A stretch of 64,000 nucleotides of DNA from Asterias rubens (GCF_902459465.1 NC_047071.1:8928001-8992000); one strand, 5' to 3'. Counted from the stretch's first letter, positions 47,984 through 62,848 are shown. Numbers and translations are program-made. The notes: a model not told the origin generated them from the sequence alone.

Positions 47984-48651
47984 CCCTGGCGGCCTTACAC
48001 TTTTGTATTATACTACAGTGACGTCCTGGATATCAGGGTCCATTACTGGGGCGTAAAATTTTCAAAGCTTCATAACTAAAATCTTACCTGCAAGAAGCCA
48101 CTAACTTAGATTCACATTCCATGGCAGCATACATTTTTCTGCGGTGGGTTTTGGTTGTCATATATTCTCCACAAATCTGTCATTTTCGTAAAATAATGCA
48201 GCTCCCAACGTTAAAAAATTCCCGTTTACAATTGTATTCTCACAGTCAGCCGTGCGTACGCAAGACGCCTGATGCGCAATATTTTGTTTGCGTGTTAACG
48301 CTGTGCAGTCAAGATACGGTGACCAAGAATAAATGCGTCTTACATCCTGCGTCTTGCACGCAAATGTATACGTGTACGCACGGCAGCAGACAACAATGTG
48401 AGAGTGCGATCAAAACGGGAATTTGTTAACGTTGGGAGCTGCATTATTTCACGAAAATGACGGATTTGTGAGGAATAAATGACGACCAAAACCCAACGCA
48501 GAAAAATGTATGCTACTATGGAATGTGAATCTGTTGAAATTAGTGGCTTCTTGCAGGTAAGATTTGAGTTACGAAGCTTTGAGAATTTTACGCCCCAGAA
48601 ATTTAGGACTCTGTATCCGTGTACAGCACAGAGGAAGAGTCCTATATAGGG
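47984..48651. mobile_element. piggyBac-like foldback MITE
   Basis: CCCT...AGGG termini flanked by TTAG/CTAA. Internal inverted arms of about 190 bp (about 48047-48230 versus 48410-48598). Confidence 0.65.
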
Positions 48652-49989
48652 CTAACACCACTGGTGTGTCTTTACACTGTTTGAATCAAGATAACACACA
48701 AAATTGATAGCAAATTGAAAACTGCCACTGATATGCCTTCTGTCTTTGAATCAAGAAAAGTATGTTTTTTTTTTCCAACGAGAACAATTACCGAACAGCA
48801 AACCAGAGAATAGTCCAGCAAAACTATAATACAGAATGTGCATTTGCTCTTAAATTTTACCAGTGTATTTACATTTTGATTTGTGACTTTGAGACAAGTT
48901 GTTGGAATTTTGTTACCCCAAAAACTTGTCTCTACATGTTGACAAAAAGAAAAAGCTCTCAATTTCATAGAGCTGCTACAAGCAAAATAATTGCTTAAGC
49001 ACGAGAATAGCGCGCTTATTTTACACATGTTACTGGCCAAAATTTCATGCCTTATTAATATAGATTGCTTCTGAATGGTGTTTAGCTATTGTATACTTAG
49101 CATAACAATTGAGTGGAGTCTTGGCCGGTAATCTGATTTTACCAAGCAAGGATTTTTTTGCTTAAGCAAAAATTTGTGCTTAAGCAAAAATTTGTGCTTA
49201 AGTAGCTCTATGAAATTGGGCCCCGGTCCTTTCTTGGTAGACAAGATACAACACTGGTGGTATGAGAAGTGTACATTTTGTATCATAACTTTCACATTCA
49301 ATCAAGAATTGTAAAAAAAAAAAACTGATTAGAGACGGCCACCTTTCTTTATATCAGAAGGTGATTAAAGCTGTACTGTCCAATCTTCCATTGAGCGTTG
49401 TACAAATCAAGCTGCATGAAGTTCAGGCTCTGTGGCACTTTCTTAATAATGTCACATACCTTAAAGGCACTGGACACTATTGGCAATTATTCAAATAAAA
49501 ATTTACTTGGTAACGAGCAATGGAGAGCTGTTGTTACAGTTTTATCTTATACAATACTTAAAATAAAACCTATGTTAGACATTGAAGCAAGAAATGTTGA
49601 ACCATTCAATTCAATGTTTTTGATATTATACGGTGCTACTCCACTAGGGCACACTTTCTCAAAGCCTGTAAGCATACAATTTTTGTTGTTAATTCATGAA
49701 GTCCCAAGTCAACTATGTCCATTAACCAGCTACGGCTACACCTATGACAACCACTGCATGTCTGTGGCTATGATGGATAACTGTGTTAACATGTGTTGAA
49801 CTATGGTGTCTTTGGCAACAGTTGCCGGCAATTTGGACCAGCTTAAAGTCTCGGGCATAATATTAGAATATTGACCCAATGTTAGAGAGAACAACTGTGT
49901 TTCTTTTACTTGGGAAAGTAAAGTACATCTGACATTTTGCAAGGTTCACAGCAGAATTTTGACTTCATAAAATACTGCTTGACCTAAGC

Positions 49990-50270
49990 AAAGGCACTGG
50001 ACACCTTTTGTAATAGTTAAATACCAGTGTTCTCACTTGGTGTATCACAACATATGCATAAAATCTGTGAACATTTTCACTCAATTGGTCATCGAAGTTG
50101 CAAGAGAATAATGACAGAAAATTTGTGGGCTTTCAGATGTATAATAAAAGGGTGCAGGCCTGAAGTCTTTTAAAGTGTTTGAGTGAGAAATTACCTCTCC
50201 GTTGCTCGTTATCAAGTAAGTTTTTATGATAATAATTATTTTTGAGTAATTACCAACAGTGTCCAGTGCC
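49990..50270 (-). mobile_element. Kolobok-type MITE (degenerate)
   Basis: AAAGGCACTGGACAC...GTGTCCAGTGCC-TTAA. A left-end fragment also lies at about 49462-49540. Confidence 0.8.
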
Positions 50271-50598
50271 TTAAGGGGCGTTAGGAAAAATAGAAAGAAA
50301 AAAATGTTGTGGTCAGAGCCTCTCATCATTTGGCAGTTGTTCTTTCTAGCATAAGATTAATTAATGCAACAGTGTGAATTCAATTTGAACAGACACAGTT
50401 AGTTTGCTTGTTTTTTTTTTTGTTTATACTGGAATAATTAATAGTATCCAATAGTAAGCACACACAAACTGACTAGTAAGCAACAAAAAAAGAGGAAGTT
50501 TAGCCCAGGTAAATTTAGCTAGTGTGGAACCGCTATGCATGTGGAGATCAAGCCACACATGCTTTGACAGTGTCCACAAAGTACGTGGTTAGTATCAG

Positions 50599-50837
50599 GG
50601 CCCAATTTCATAGAACTGCTAAGCACAAAAATTTGCTTAGCATGAAATTTCTTCCCAGATAAAAACAGGTTTACCAACCAAATTTCCATGTGATTTTCAG
50701 GATAAGTAAACAAAAGCTGAATACCAGTAACAAGCACTAATAACAAATGGAAATTTGGCTGGTAATCCTGTTTTTATCTGGGAAGAAATTTCATGCTTAG
50801 CAAATTGTTGTGCTTGGCAGCTCTATGAAATTGGGCC
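50599..50837. mobile_element. Harbinger-like MITE (GGCCCAATTTCATAG family)
   Basis: Family TIRs; CAG/CTG flanks. Confidence 0.85.
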
Positions 50838-53732
50838 CTGATATTTTGGGGAAACTGGGCAGATGGAAAAAGTATGGAATTTGGCCCAGATAAATGTGGC
50901 TGGTGTGAAACCGCAATGCGTAGTGAATTCAAACCATGCACTCGATGAAAGTGTTGACAAAAGTATGGGGCGGGGGTGTCTGGTGTTTTGCGAAAGCCTG
51001 CCAGAATTACCTCCAATTGAATGTGCATTTATTGTGACTGTTGCAATACATCAGAACGGTTGTTGTAAACGGTTGCATTTTCATTTAAAAGTAATGAAAC
51101 CTGCGATGAATGTAGGTATGTTTTGGGGAGTGGTATGTATTAATATTATTATTATTATTTTTTTTTTTTTTCGGGGAAGTGATGTTGTACATAAATTGTT
51201 TGCAAATTTGTTATTAAAACATATTTTTTAAAAAGACACGCTATAGATTAATTGAATTTTAAACTTAGCCTGGATTTGAGAGCTGCCCATGTCTTGAATG
51301 CAGTGTACACCAGTGGTAAAGTGTTTATAAATGCAACCTGTTTCAAGAAAAGTTCAAAGGGGGAATTAAGTTTCCCTTCTTGTGTTTTTTAGTTGTTGTT
51401 TTTTTCTGTTTTTTTTTTCCCCTTTCTGATTTGGCAATAATCCAGAATGATGGTGGTTGATGAGTAGGGAGAAGGTTTTAGCCTACCAGTATAATGGTTA
51501 AAGGAGCTCAACTTTGCTGGAAGTGTAAAAACTGTCGGTCTAAATTGTTTACTTACATTACATCTACTTGTACATGTGAATGACAAATAAAATGGTGTCT
51601 TAGTCTAAAACAGTGTAACCACAAGACACCTAGAAACCCCTCTGTCACACTATGAATTAAGTGTTTCTGGTTCACACTATATCAAGCACCCTAGAGTACA
51701 GGTTTTTCTCAGGCTTGCGAACACACCGAGCCTGGTGTAGTTAAGGTTGACCCAGCATTTGTCAAAGAGAGCATTTGGTCACAGCCTAATAATAGCGCAT
51801 GGTTTTTTTCAGGGGAAAACATTGCACCAAAGTGGTTACATCATGGAGATTCAACTGAACTCCAAGTCAAATGACAGGAGACTTCCCTGAAGTCTGTTTG
51901 TAATTTTCTCGATTTTGTTCTTCGAATGATTTTACACATTTCTCACATCTGGGTTTACTTGTAAGAGGACATTATTCTGATACATCTATTTGTGCAAGCT
52001 TATAATTGATTTCATGTTGTAAACACCTGAAATTGTTGCTTGGGTTTTTCTTTTTCACAAGAAATATTGGTTGAATTTGTCAACCTTGTTCTATTAATTT
52101 ATTTAAAATTTAAAGCAAATTTCTGTATGCACTTGATTTCATTTATGTATGTATTGTTTTCCCCATTGTAGTATTTTGTGTAGAATCTTATTTTATTTCG
52201 GCTGTTTCCCTCACAACTGCAAAAACTATTTATGGCGAATTGTTCAGAAATATCGCACGACAGCGCCCTCTTCTGATCAACCTCCTTCAGCCCATGTTAG
52301 ACACACGCCGGGGGACAAAATCTCCTGCGACATAAAGCTCTGTGTTGCAGTCACCTCTGTACACAGAACAAAAATGATGTTGTTCATAATGTAAAAAAAA
52401 ACCTGCGTGGATGTGTGTAATTTCACATGGTGTTTCAAGTCCGCATAGTGGTCGTCTTTTTGTTCCCAGGTCCACACTTCAAAGGAACAGTCTCTGTGTG
52501 ACATTTCATGTGATGTTTAACTTTTCACTGCTGAGGTGCTTTCGATTTATTTTATCAAGTTAAAATATTCTAGTTTAAGTTTTTAATTAACGCATGAATA
52601 TTTCAAATGTGAACGAAAGATCAGAACAGTGGCATTGTGTGTATACTGGTCTGAAGTTTGAGTCACTGAAAACTCTCACAAAATAATAATGTTTGTTCGT
52701 TTGTTTGTTTTGGTGTTGTTGTTTTTCTTTGAGTAGTCCTATGAATACATTTACAGACACTTTACCAAAGGTGTCGCATCCTTTTAACATCACAGTGGGT
52801 AGACGTGTATTTGTTTTCGAATTGATGAACTAATACTGTTTCGTTTTTAAAAAAATGGGTATGCTTTTCTCAATTTGTTTTGTGAATAAAAAAGTTAATT
52901 GACGATCGATCTTCTGTGTTGCTGAGTCGTTCTAGTTTTCGTCGGGGTTGGGTCTAGTTTGTCACACTTTTTGGGTAATTTTTGTTTTTATGAGATAAAT
53001 TATTAGCCTAACATCACAAGGCCAGACGGCCACTTCAAGGTGATTATTTTGGTCTAATAATCGACCCAGATCAACTGTCACCAGGGGCTCAATGCCAACT
53101 ACTCCTGGGGCTGAAACTGGGTTACCCCCTTCGTATGGGTATCATCGTCCACTAGGGGCCAGCCGTCGCGTTCACAAAACTCTTCCCAACTTAGGAATAA
53201 TCTTGGGACTTGGGACGAGTTGAGCTCCTTAGTGTATGGACGTTAGGACGCATTAAACCCATCCTAAGTTATGATGAGTTACCGTCCTAACCCGAGATTG
53301 GATTAATCCTAGCGTTTCGTGAAATCGTATGTCTTGTCCAAGGGCAACATGTGTAAGGAGCGTGAATCGAACCCACACTCTGCTGCTGACATTATTCACC
53401 AAAGCTTTTGGCCGGTGAATGAGACAGCACGGCAACGACACGACCATGCTTGTTCCATTTGTATTTACTCTATTGGTTATAAGTCTGTACTAGTTTCAGT
53501 CATGCAATGTTTAGAAATAACATAGCCCCCCTAATAATAAAGGTGGTATATACTTGGTAATGATACACACAATGAAGTTCATGAACGTGAAATCATGATT
53601 GTTCGAGAAAAATGCAAAAAAAAAAAAAAATGCATTCCCAAAAACTAGCAACAGCTGATTTCGGGAAATATCTGTTAACAAGCTGAAAATTCTGCATTGT
53701 CGGCTCAAGCGACAGATTAAGCACAAGTTTAA

Positions 53733-54025
53733 AGGCAATGGACACTTGGTAATTACTCAAAATAATTATAAACATAAAACCATACTTGACAGGTTGGTAG
53801 TATAAAACATTGTGAGGAACGGCTCCCTCTGAAGTGGATTGAGTACTTTTCAAGTTATTTTCCACAAATTTGATTTCGAGACCTAAGGTTTAGAATTTGA
53901 GGTGTCGAAATCAAGTATCAGAAAGCGCACAACTTTGTGCGGCAATGGTGTTTTTTCTTCCATTATTATCTCGCAACTTCGATGACCGAATGAGCTAAAA
54001 ATTTATGCATATGTTGAGATACACT
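53733..54025 (+). mobile_element. Kolobok-type MITE, right end missing
   Basis: TTAA|AGGCAATGGACAC followed by family internal sequence. Confidence 0.8.
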
Positions 54026-57000
54026 CACAAAACATAAACACTACGACATTGTTTGTCAGCTGGAGCAATCCTGTCATACATTTATTACCCTCTGTAACAT
54101 TGGCGAAAATTGCCATGTGAAAGTGAAATATTATTCTCGTTTTAAAGCTAAAACCTTTCACTAAAAACACAATGATCCATATTAAACACAACCCCATGAT
54201 CTTGACCACAGCCCCAGACACAAGCGCATTTCACAGTGTGTGTGAAATGATCAACGAAATGTCAATTCTTTAAAAACCAACAAAGTTCAACCAACAATAT
54301 TGCGGTCATAATAATAGTATTGTCAATAAGTTGTTTGTTAGTTAACAATTATTTTCATTAATAGTGTGCAGGGGTGGACTTTAACCAGTAGACAGTCCGT
54401 GAGTTGGACAAATACAAAATACTCATATTTTGATTCCAACATTGAATAGACGCTTTGTCTTGTGGTTGGAAATTTTAAGCGCAAACATTGCAACAGAGGT
54501 TCCCACTGTGTAAATTCACCATTGTGTTGAATTTGTTTGTGCAGACCAGAAACATACAAACCAAAATATTTGTTGGTGTCCTTTGTAGTGGTATTTCCCT
54601 TTCTGAGAAGTTTGAGAGTTTTTCTCGTATTAGAAGAAGAATTGATTTACTTTCAAGGTTTGAACTGTCATAAACTGACAACTGTCAGTCACTGTTTGTT
54701 GTTTTCTTGTCACATATGGAGTTAAAGGTGCTATGTCAGATGTTTTGCCCCAAACATTCAAAAATATATTTTTTGAGTGAATGGTATTTCAAAGAGTATC
54801 ACCCGCTCTTGCGAAAAAAAGTTAAACTTTTACTTTTAATGGTCAAGAACCATGACAAAAATTTAAAACGTTTTTAAAAAACACATAAGAATTGGTCATG
54901 TGATTATATTGTCGGGATCCCGCGACAAAAAAAAAACTAATTTTGAGCACTTTTTTTTCACTGCTACTAATAATTGGCGGACTTTTTCGAGCAATGGTTC
55001 AAATGAGGGCTTGTAACTTTCTCGACCCCCATCAAAATACCTATTGAATTTTAAATCAAAATTTTGGGGTCAAATCGGCCAAAAATCTTTAAGAAGTGTG
55101 ACATCTTTAAGAAGTGTGACATCGGAAGAAAGAAAAACTGTATTCGGACGACAACAATCGGCGCTTCTAAACAGCTTGGTAGGGATTACTTCTTGAACGA
55201 AAACAGAAAATCATAGGCCCGAAGTCTTAAAAGCCTTCTTGCTGATTATAGATTTCATATAAATAATCTATAGCATCCGTGAGTTGAGTTTACCAGAGCG
55301 TAAACTGCGATAGATATCAAAATCGAATCAAGGGTGTAAAAATCCCCCTTTACACTTCTGCCAACTTGATGTCAACTTTAGCACCCTATAGTTTGTGTAC
55401 GTGCAAAGGAACTGATCCATTCGTTGCGTGATACGAGTTTATAAGGGGCAGATCTCTGCTCTGAACCTTTGCAAACCCACCCCTCCCCCATCAGATCGAG
55501 GTGGGGGGAGGGGGGGGGATGGGAACAAACTTTGCTCCCGCTTGCCCCCCCCCACCCCCACCCAGTATGGCTATGCCATCCCCATGAGAGGATTATAGTT
55601 CCGTATACATTCGTGTTGAATCTTTATGGACATAAAGGAATCCGCCAATAATCAATGTAGAAAGAAACCGTCATTCATGGGCCTGGGCTTCAGGCTAGAT
55701 AACTGTACAGAGAGAATAAGATGATGGGGTAGTTGTACACGGGGAGAAAACTACACCAATAGAAAAAAAAAACACAATCTGTTTACAGTGACTGAAAACC
55801 CATCCAATCCACATGGAGGCTCTGATATGGGTTTATTGTGGATTCGAACCGGGGTCAAGAATGTGCGAGGCATGCATGGGATCGGGATCGATAAAACTAC
55901 CGAGTATTTTCATTCATCCGTGGTAAAACTAGATCCAGAATGGCCCACGAAATACAATATCTTTTGAAGGGAAATCCAAACTATTTTGCGATCGAGCGCA
56001 CGCTTTGAATGTGTGCAAACCATTTATTTGACAAACAAAACTGGTTGGTTTCTTTATCATTAATTTGTTAACAGGACCAGCGAATATACCGACACTTTGT
56101 AGCAGAATGCTGCGTTGTTGAAAACTAAAGAAGGAGGTTCAAATTGAGTTTACTCTTCGAAAACATATGACATAATACACTTAACAACAAAAGCCTTTCA
56201 TAAAAGCATTAAATCACAATTTCCTTGTGTGAAATAAAAGTGTGTAAAGTCCCCACTTATACACATTGCACTATTGACGACCATAATGGCCCAACTGGAC
56301 CCGCTAATCTGAATACAATTAAACAAAACCCTTTATAACAGAAAAAAAAAAAAAAAAAACCAAAACCCGCCAACCACCAATTAAACACAATCTTTTGTCA
56401 CTTTTTCAGCCTCATTTTCCTATGAACTTTGATAGCGATAAAGCCTGATAATAAAAAAGCCATCTTTTGTAATCGAAATTGAAAAGCTAAAAGGTTATGG
56501 CCGGGATGAAATAACAACCCGGACAATTGTGAGAAGTTAATCTAAACAACTTTTAGAAGAATGATCCGTTTTTTTTCTTCTTTTAAGTTGTAAAACCTCT
56601 TCACCTTTCCAACCCTCAATATACAATAAGTTTAATATTTATTTTACTCTGATAGAAGTCACCCGACGATAATTTTGGGGTATTCCCACGGGGTGCGTCA
56701 TCGTCTGTGAAAGGTACAACTATTGTCCCCCTCTAAACCACGATATTAGCAACGGTTCGGCGCGTTCCAATTCTCTCACAGTCCACAATTGACTTCTTTA
56801 CAAAACAATATGCAATGCAAAACCCACTTTTTTGAAGGCTTTCTCCCCGAAAACAGAGCAGTGATTGTATTAATTTGATAGTTGCTTAGAAGAGAATAGG
56901 TTATTAAAAGGCAATTTAAACCCAGCCAGGCGGAAATAAAATGCTCAAGTGAGCATTTGCAGCCGGGAGTGAAGGGTGCGTATGTGTGTTTCATTAGTCA

Positions 57001-57491
57001 TAAGTTTGGCATGCTGGGCTTTTATCAGTTAGAGGTTAAAACCTAGCGGTCGATTGTGCATACAGAACTCACACCGTGTTCTGTGTACATACAACAATAC
57101 GACAGTTGTGTACTGTTGATGACGATGTTTTCGTCACTCAATCAGCGTTGTGATTCAACCTTGCCGGTGGTATAAGCTGTGCACACTGAATCCGTGTAGG
57201 CTATGTACAGTACGCACAGATTGTGAATGAACACAACCAGTGTGACGGCTTCATAATACTCGATAGTTCATCAACGATGCGGGAAAGTTGGTAACGCCCA
57301 TAAGGCAAGCTCATTATCCTCACTCAGTAGTCCTCTGACCACCGACACGGACGGACCGTAAATTCATCGACTACTCCGCCGGGTCTCTTGCGTCGTTTCC
57401 CCGTTCCGTTCTTGCTGTCGTGAGGCGGTAATTTCTACGGGGTTGTAGGGTAAGGTCGCCCGCTCCAGAGGGTGCCATATCGCGGGATGAT

Positions 57492-59347
57492 TTAATCAGC
57501 AAACCTGTCGGAAATCAGACTTGACATTACGATGGAACGATATGTATGTAGAGGAACGATCATGATGGATCTGCGCAGAATATTTTTGTCATTGGTGATA
57601 GTTATGTACGTCAATAATGGTAAGGATGATTTTTATACACAACAGCCTTTTTTTTCTTCTTCTAAATTTAGATAAGCTAAAACACTGTATGATGGCAAAC
57701 TCAATGCCAAATGCAATCCAAAAATGGTGTACCGTTTTTAGATACAGCATCGTTTCGTACGACAATTTTTACAAGGTAATTAAATAATGCGTGTTGTAAC
57801 TTCAAGGCCACACAATGCCGTATGTAGCTTATACAATATAATGATGAAGCGTTGCTATGGTAACGCAGACAGGCTCTTGCAGACAACATATCACTGCTGT
57901 GACAGTGACGTCAAAGGAGTTTCAAAATGATTCTCAAAATTGTTCGTTTTTAGAAGAGTTTATAAAATAATATTACAATTTCATATAGCAGCAGTTTCCT
58001 TAGTTGTCAATTCCAGTCATAATTATATGATGCTTAAACTCCCACACAAGAATAATGCTCGTAAAATAACATTTAATAAAATTAACATAATCAACATTTA
58101 AACATAAACTCTTGTCTCGTGTTTGTGTTTCTGTTGGGCTATTGCCTTGATCAGGATCCCAGAATCATGAGTTGTTACTTTAATTGATCACCATGAAATA
58201 TAAAAAACATTTAATTGTCAATCAATCATTAGTAGAAACTGCACCTATATCGGATTTTTTTTTGGGGGGAAGGCATGCATAAGACCCTTCCGAATAAACA
58301 GAAGCCCAAAAATTACAAAAAAGCTATACAATTTTAGATAAAGCTATCCTCGCATGCTACAAATTACACGAGTGCCAAATCTGGCAATATTTTCTTATCT
58401 GACGCAAAATCCTTTATTAATTTCATGCACTATATAGGGCCTATGTCTTTTGTTCTATGTCTTGTGTTAGTCTTCTGTATGTTTGTTTTGTGTTTGATTG
58501 TTTTGTTTTTCTTTCTCGTTTTTTTTTGGAGTGGTTTGCCTGTTTGTGTGTTTTTCATGTTGTGTGCTTGAATTGTTTGCTTATTGTCTCACTGTTACGT
58601 TGTTAAAAGGTTTGTTGGTGTGCGTGTGCGTGAGTGTGTTTTGGAGGTTTATTTTTGGGGGATAAATTGTTTCTAAATATTTTGTAGTAAATGTTGTTTG
58701 TTTATTTAGTTTTTTTTTCCCCCAGGCGCTTGTGGAAGACACATGTTGTGATGAAATTTTTTAAAACTGATTTACTTCCCTAAACTTGGTCAAGATGTTT
58801 TCTTTCAATAATATATTGGCAATCTACCGGCGAGATTGTACACATGTTCTTTCAACAACTGCCAAGTGACACACAAAATATGACCCGGCCTCAAATAACG
58901 AACTCAACCCATATTATGTGACATAATCATCATGTTACTAGTTAGTGTACAAAGCCATTCTATGCTGCTGTATGCATGGTATACCTCCCAGAAAGAACAC
59001 AGTGCAATCATTCTCCATTTAACTTGACCTTTAACCCAAGTGTTTTAAAGGGATCCTCACAAAGTAATTATATTAAATACATAATTTATTTTTTTATTTT
59101 TTTTCTCCAGAAGCCCACTTATTTACCGCTTTTGCTCTCTGTTTTAAGACAATTTGTTCATTATAGCGTTCTCATCTTTTGTTATATTGATGAAGAATAA
59201 ATCTAACTTGGGATTTCAGAAAACAGCTTATTAAGTAGAAATACTTGCATAAGTAAACATTGAACCAGTCAAGGACGGCATCGTCGCAAGATATTGGTAA
59301 CCTTAGAATATTAATGTCCTGCTCAACGCAGCTCCAGTAAGCGGTGC
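57492..59347 (-). CDS. Candidate last two coding exons of an unidentified gene
   Basis: Exon 59347-59245 (TTTTATACAG acceptor, GTATTT donor, 2+99+2 nt) spliced to the acceptor at 57504 gives ..(G)TAYWSCVEQDINILRLPISCDDAVLDWFNVYLCKFAD*. No family recognised; upstream exons not found. Confidence 0.3.
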
Positions 59348-59400
59348 CTGTATAAAACATGTAGCTAATAAGCACAACACAATACTGCTTACCAGATTAA

Positions 59401-59779
59401 AGGCAGTGGACACTATCGGTAATTACTCAAAATAATTATTAGAATAAAACCTTTCTTGGTGACGAGTAATGGGGAGAGGTTGAGGGTATACAACATTGTG
59501 AGAAACGGCTCCCTCTGAAGTGCCATAGTTTTCGAGAAAGAGGTAATTTTGCACGAATTTGATTTCGAGACCTCAGATTTAGAACTTGAGGTCTCGAAAT
59601 CAACCATCTAAACGCACACCTTCGTGTGACAAGGGTGTTTTTTCTTTCATTATTATCTCTCAAGTTTGATGACCGATTGAGCTAAAATTTGTACAGGTTT
59701 GTTATTTTATGCATTATATGTTGAGATACACCAACTGTGAAGACTAGTCTTTGACAATTACCAATAGTGTCCACTGCCT
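59401..59779 (+). mobile_element. Kolobok-type MITE, best-preserved copy
   Basis: TTAA|AGGCAGTGGACACTATCGGTAATT...AATTACCAATAGTGTCCACTGCCT|TTAA, 379 bp. Confidence 0.95.
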
Positions 59780-60164
59780 TTAAGGTTACCAGCCAAAATA
59801 TAATTTCCCCATGTGCGATCTGAGACTGCCTGTTTATTTATTTTTTTGTAAGAGGAACATTTTAAAGCACATTGTATGCTCAAGTTTTATTTTTCTGTTG
59901 AGGCAGGCAGGCCTATAGGCTAGACCTATGTGCCCGTTTTCGTATAAAACCCAAAACAAATCACTTGGACCACTATAAACTCCATTGCCCCGTTTCTGCA
60001 TCTACATCGAATACACGTGCTGAGTTTACTAAAATCTGTTTTTTTTTTCTCAAATAGAATTATATGGCCTTGCTTAGGTCGAGGCAGTAATCCGTGCCTT
60101 TATGACCTATTATTAGAATGTTTGGGCTTAAACTCCTGAAATACACAAAGTAGGCCACGATCAG

Positions 60165-60405
60165 GGCCCAATTTCATAGAGCTGCTAAGCACACAAATTT
60201 GCTTAGCATGAAATTTCTTACTTGATAAAAACAGGATTACCAACCAAGTTTCCATTTGTTGCATATTGCTTGTTACTGTTTTTTAAGCTGTTGTTTGCTC
60301 ATCCTTAAAATCACGTGGAAACTTTGTTGGTAATCCTGTTTTTATCAAGGAAGAAATTTCATGCTAAGCAAATTTGTTTGCTTAGCAGCTCTATGAAATT
60401 GGACC
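60165..60405. mobile_element. Harbinger-like MITE (GGCCCAATTTCATAG family)
   Basis: Family TIRs; CAG/CTG flanks. Confidence 0.85.
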
Positions 60406-61427
60406 CTGCACACAACAATGCCGTGCTTTTCTCGAGTAACCTTAATTGATTCCAAAGTTTCTACCTTTCCTTTAAGGTGACCCTGGAGGTCATGGTGTTC
60501 AGGGGCCGGTGAAAATAAATACGACCTTAAGTCACACTCCGAAACGACAGAGAGCCGCACCTAACCCCACGGCCCTGCCCTGTTAATTTACCCATGGAGG
60601 AAGAAAAACGATTAGTGCATATCAGATTATATTTCAGAACCTCCAAGTATTGGTATTGGTGTTGACGATTAATTTTGTTGCACCATTCCTTCCTACGTTG
60701 CACCGAGCGTGTCATATACAGTTGGTAACATGAGAAAGGGTTCAGTTGACTATGTACACAAGAAATTATATTTGGTTTAATACTTGTTATTCTACCACAG
60801 GTGGTATTTTTAGTGACATTATTCAATTTCATAGTTCCAGAGTGTCGTTTACACAACTATTAAAATACAAAGATACATCAAAAGTACACCAACTTTTCGA
60901 AACAACTTTTGTTGTGTTCCTTATTAACAACAATGAATTTAATAGATTAAGCAAGATTACATTAAAACTTGATTATCCATGATCCACAGAGTCAATTTTG
61001 TTTGACCTTCAAGACTAGATTATAAAACAGTAACTGGACAAAACGTCACATTTCGAGACAAGAATTTGTCGGTTGAGCTTTGGCGAGTGTGCGTCTATAG
61101 TTTTATTACTGTTTGCGATAATACTATATAATAGGTCTAGTTCTGGATCTGGATACTCAACGCTGCGCAAAACGAGAAGAGAAATTTGTAATAATGGGAG
61201 GAAAACCCCAGATAATTCAAAGCCACTCAGTCAGGGAGTGATTGACAAACCAATCCACACTGGAGGGAGGCAGGGCAAGACAGCACCATCAACCATGTCA
61301 CCTCTGACTGAATCGTTGACGGATCCTCCTTGATCTATGTCTCCCTTCACAACCAACAACTGTACAGGGCGTGAACTGGTAGTAAACAATCTATAAATTA
61401 AAGACACTATACAAGCTTTTGCTTTCA

Positions 61428-61806
61428 AGACACTGGACAATATTGGTAATTGTCAAAGACCAGTCTTCTCACTTGCTGTATCTCAAAAATGTGCAAAAAA
61501 TAACAAACCTATGTGAAAGTTTGAGCTCAATCGGTCATCAGTTGGGAGATAATAATGAAACAAAAAACACCCTTGTCACACGAAGTTGTGTGCTTTCATA
61601 TGATTGATTTCGAGACCTCAAATTCTAAATTATGAGGTCTCGAAATCAAATTCGATGAAAATTACTTCTTTCTCGAAAACTACGTCACTTGAGAAAGAGC
61701 CGTTTCTCTCAATGTTTTATAATATCAAGTATCAACCTCCCCCATTACTCGTTACCAAGTAAGGTTTTGTGCTAATAATTATTTTGAGTAATTACCAACA
61801 CTGCCT
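61428..61806 (-). mobile_element. Kolobok-type MITE
   Basis: Degenerate TIRs, family internal sequence and a right TTAA. Confidence 0.85.
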
Positions 61807-62848
61807 TTAAATTTACTCATAAAACAATTGACCAAACTCTGAGCACTTTCCGTACCCACACGCTCTAATTACGCTCTAATTACTTTTCCAGTCGAACGCA
61901 ACATTATAGTATAAAATGGCGGGAAATAACGGTCTGTTATAACGCTGTTTGAACGAGGCATGACATTGACAAAACCTATAATAATAATACACAACATACG
62001 GAACACTGCTGTTTCTAATACTTTGAAACAGTGTGAGAAATTAATAATTATGTTCGAAATGTTTTCGCTTTCCTCATTTTGAAATTGACCCGGTAGTTCA
62101 TAACAAAACGCTCCCCCAAGAAAAAAATATTGATGTAAACTTGCGGGTGCGTCACGTCTAAAACTCTTTTTGGGATGAGTGTTGGTTATTAGGGAGAACT
62201 CATTATTTTCCCCAGTGATACAAACGCCTTGGAGCGAAAATTGCACTTTCCATGTTCAACCCCTCAGCCCTCTATGATTGAAAAACGTGAGTTTCTAGAA
62301 ATGATTTATAGTGAGTGATACTTTGAGTTTTTCGAAACACTTCGAAGTCATTGCTATGGGGTGTTGGCAAGTGGAATGTTTAGACATAACTTACATATCC
62401 CCCCCCCCCACATTATGTCGTTAAATTAAAACAACCACTTGTTACAAACTGTTCGATTTGTCCAATAAATCATTTGTAATTAATGACGAATATCCGGGTG
62501 TTTCTTCTTCTTTTTTTCTTTTTTTAGTACCGGCGGCCGTTCTAAAACCTTAATTGGAACAACCTGTTTGGTTTACCCCAAAAATGCCTGACCTTGTGGG
62601 TTTCTTTTATATACGTGACTAAATGTCTGTACTGTAACTAGTCATTTTGGTGTCTAGGTCAAAGACAGAGGACGTTTATATATTGGGGCAATTTGGTTCA
62701 ATCTGAGAGCTCATGATGAAGTTCACCCAGTAGCAATTTTTCATGCAAAGTTTTGCTAAAAACAATAATATACTTCTGAAGACAAAACCACAAAATGGCC
62801 GATACGCAATTTAAAAACTTATAAAAACTTTTACAACTTTTAAAATCA

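Noticed and set aside
49630-49930. Exon-like segment with a His-rich/hydrophobic reading on the minus strand
   Set aside because: Stops interrupt every frame and no consistent splice model emerged.
61073-61333. 86-aa plus-strand ORF with a hydrophobic N-terminal stretch
   Set aside because: It starts at a non-ATG codon, has no recognisable homology, and has no convincing splice partners.
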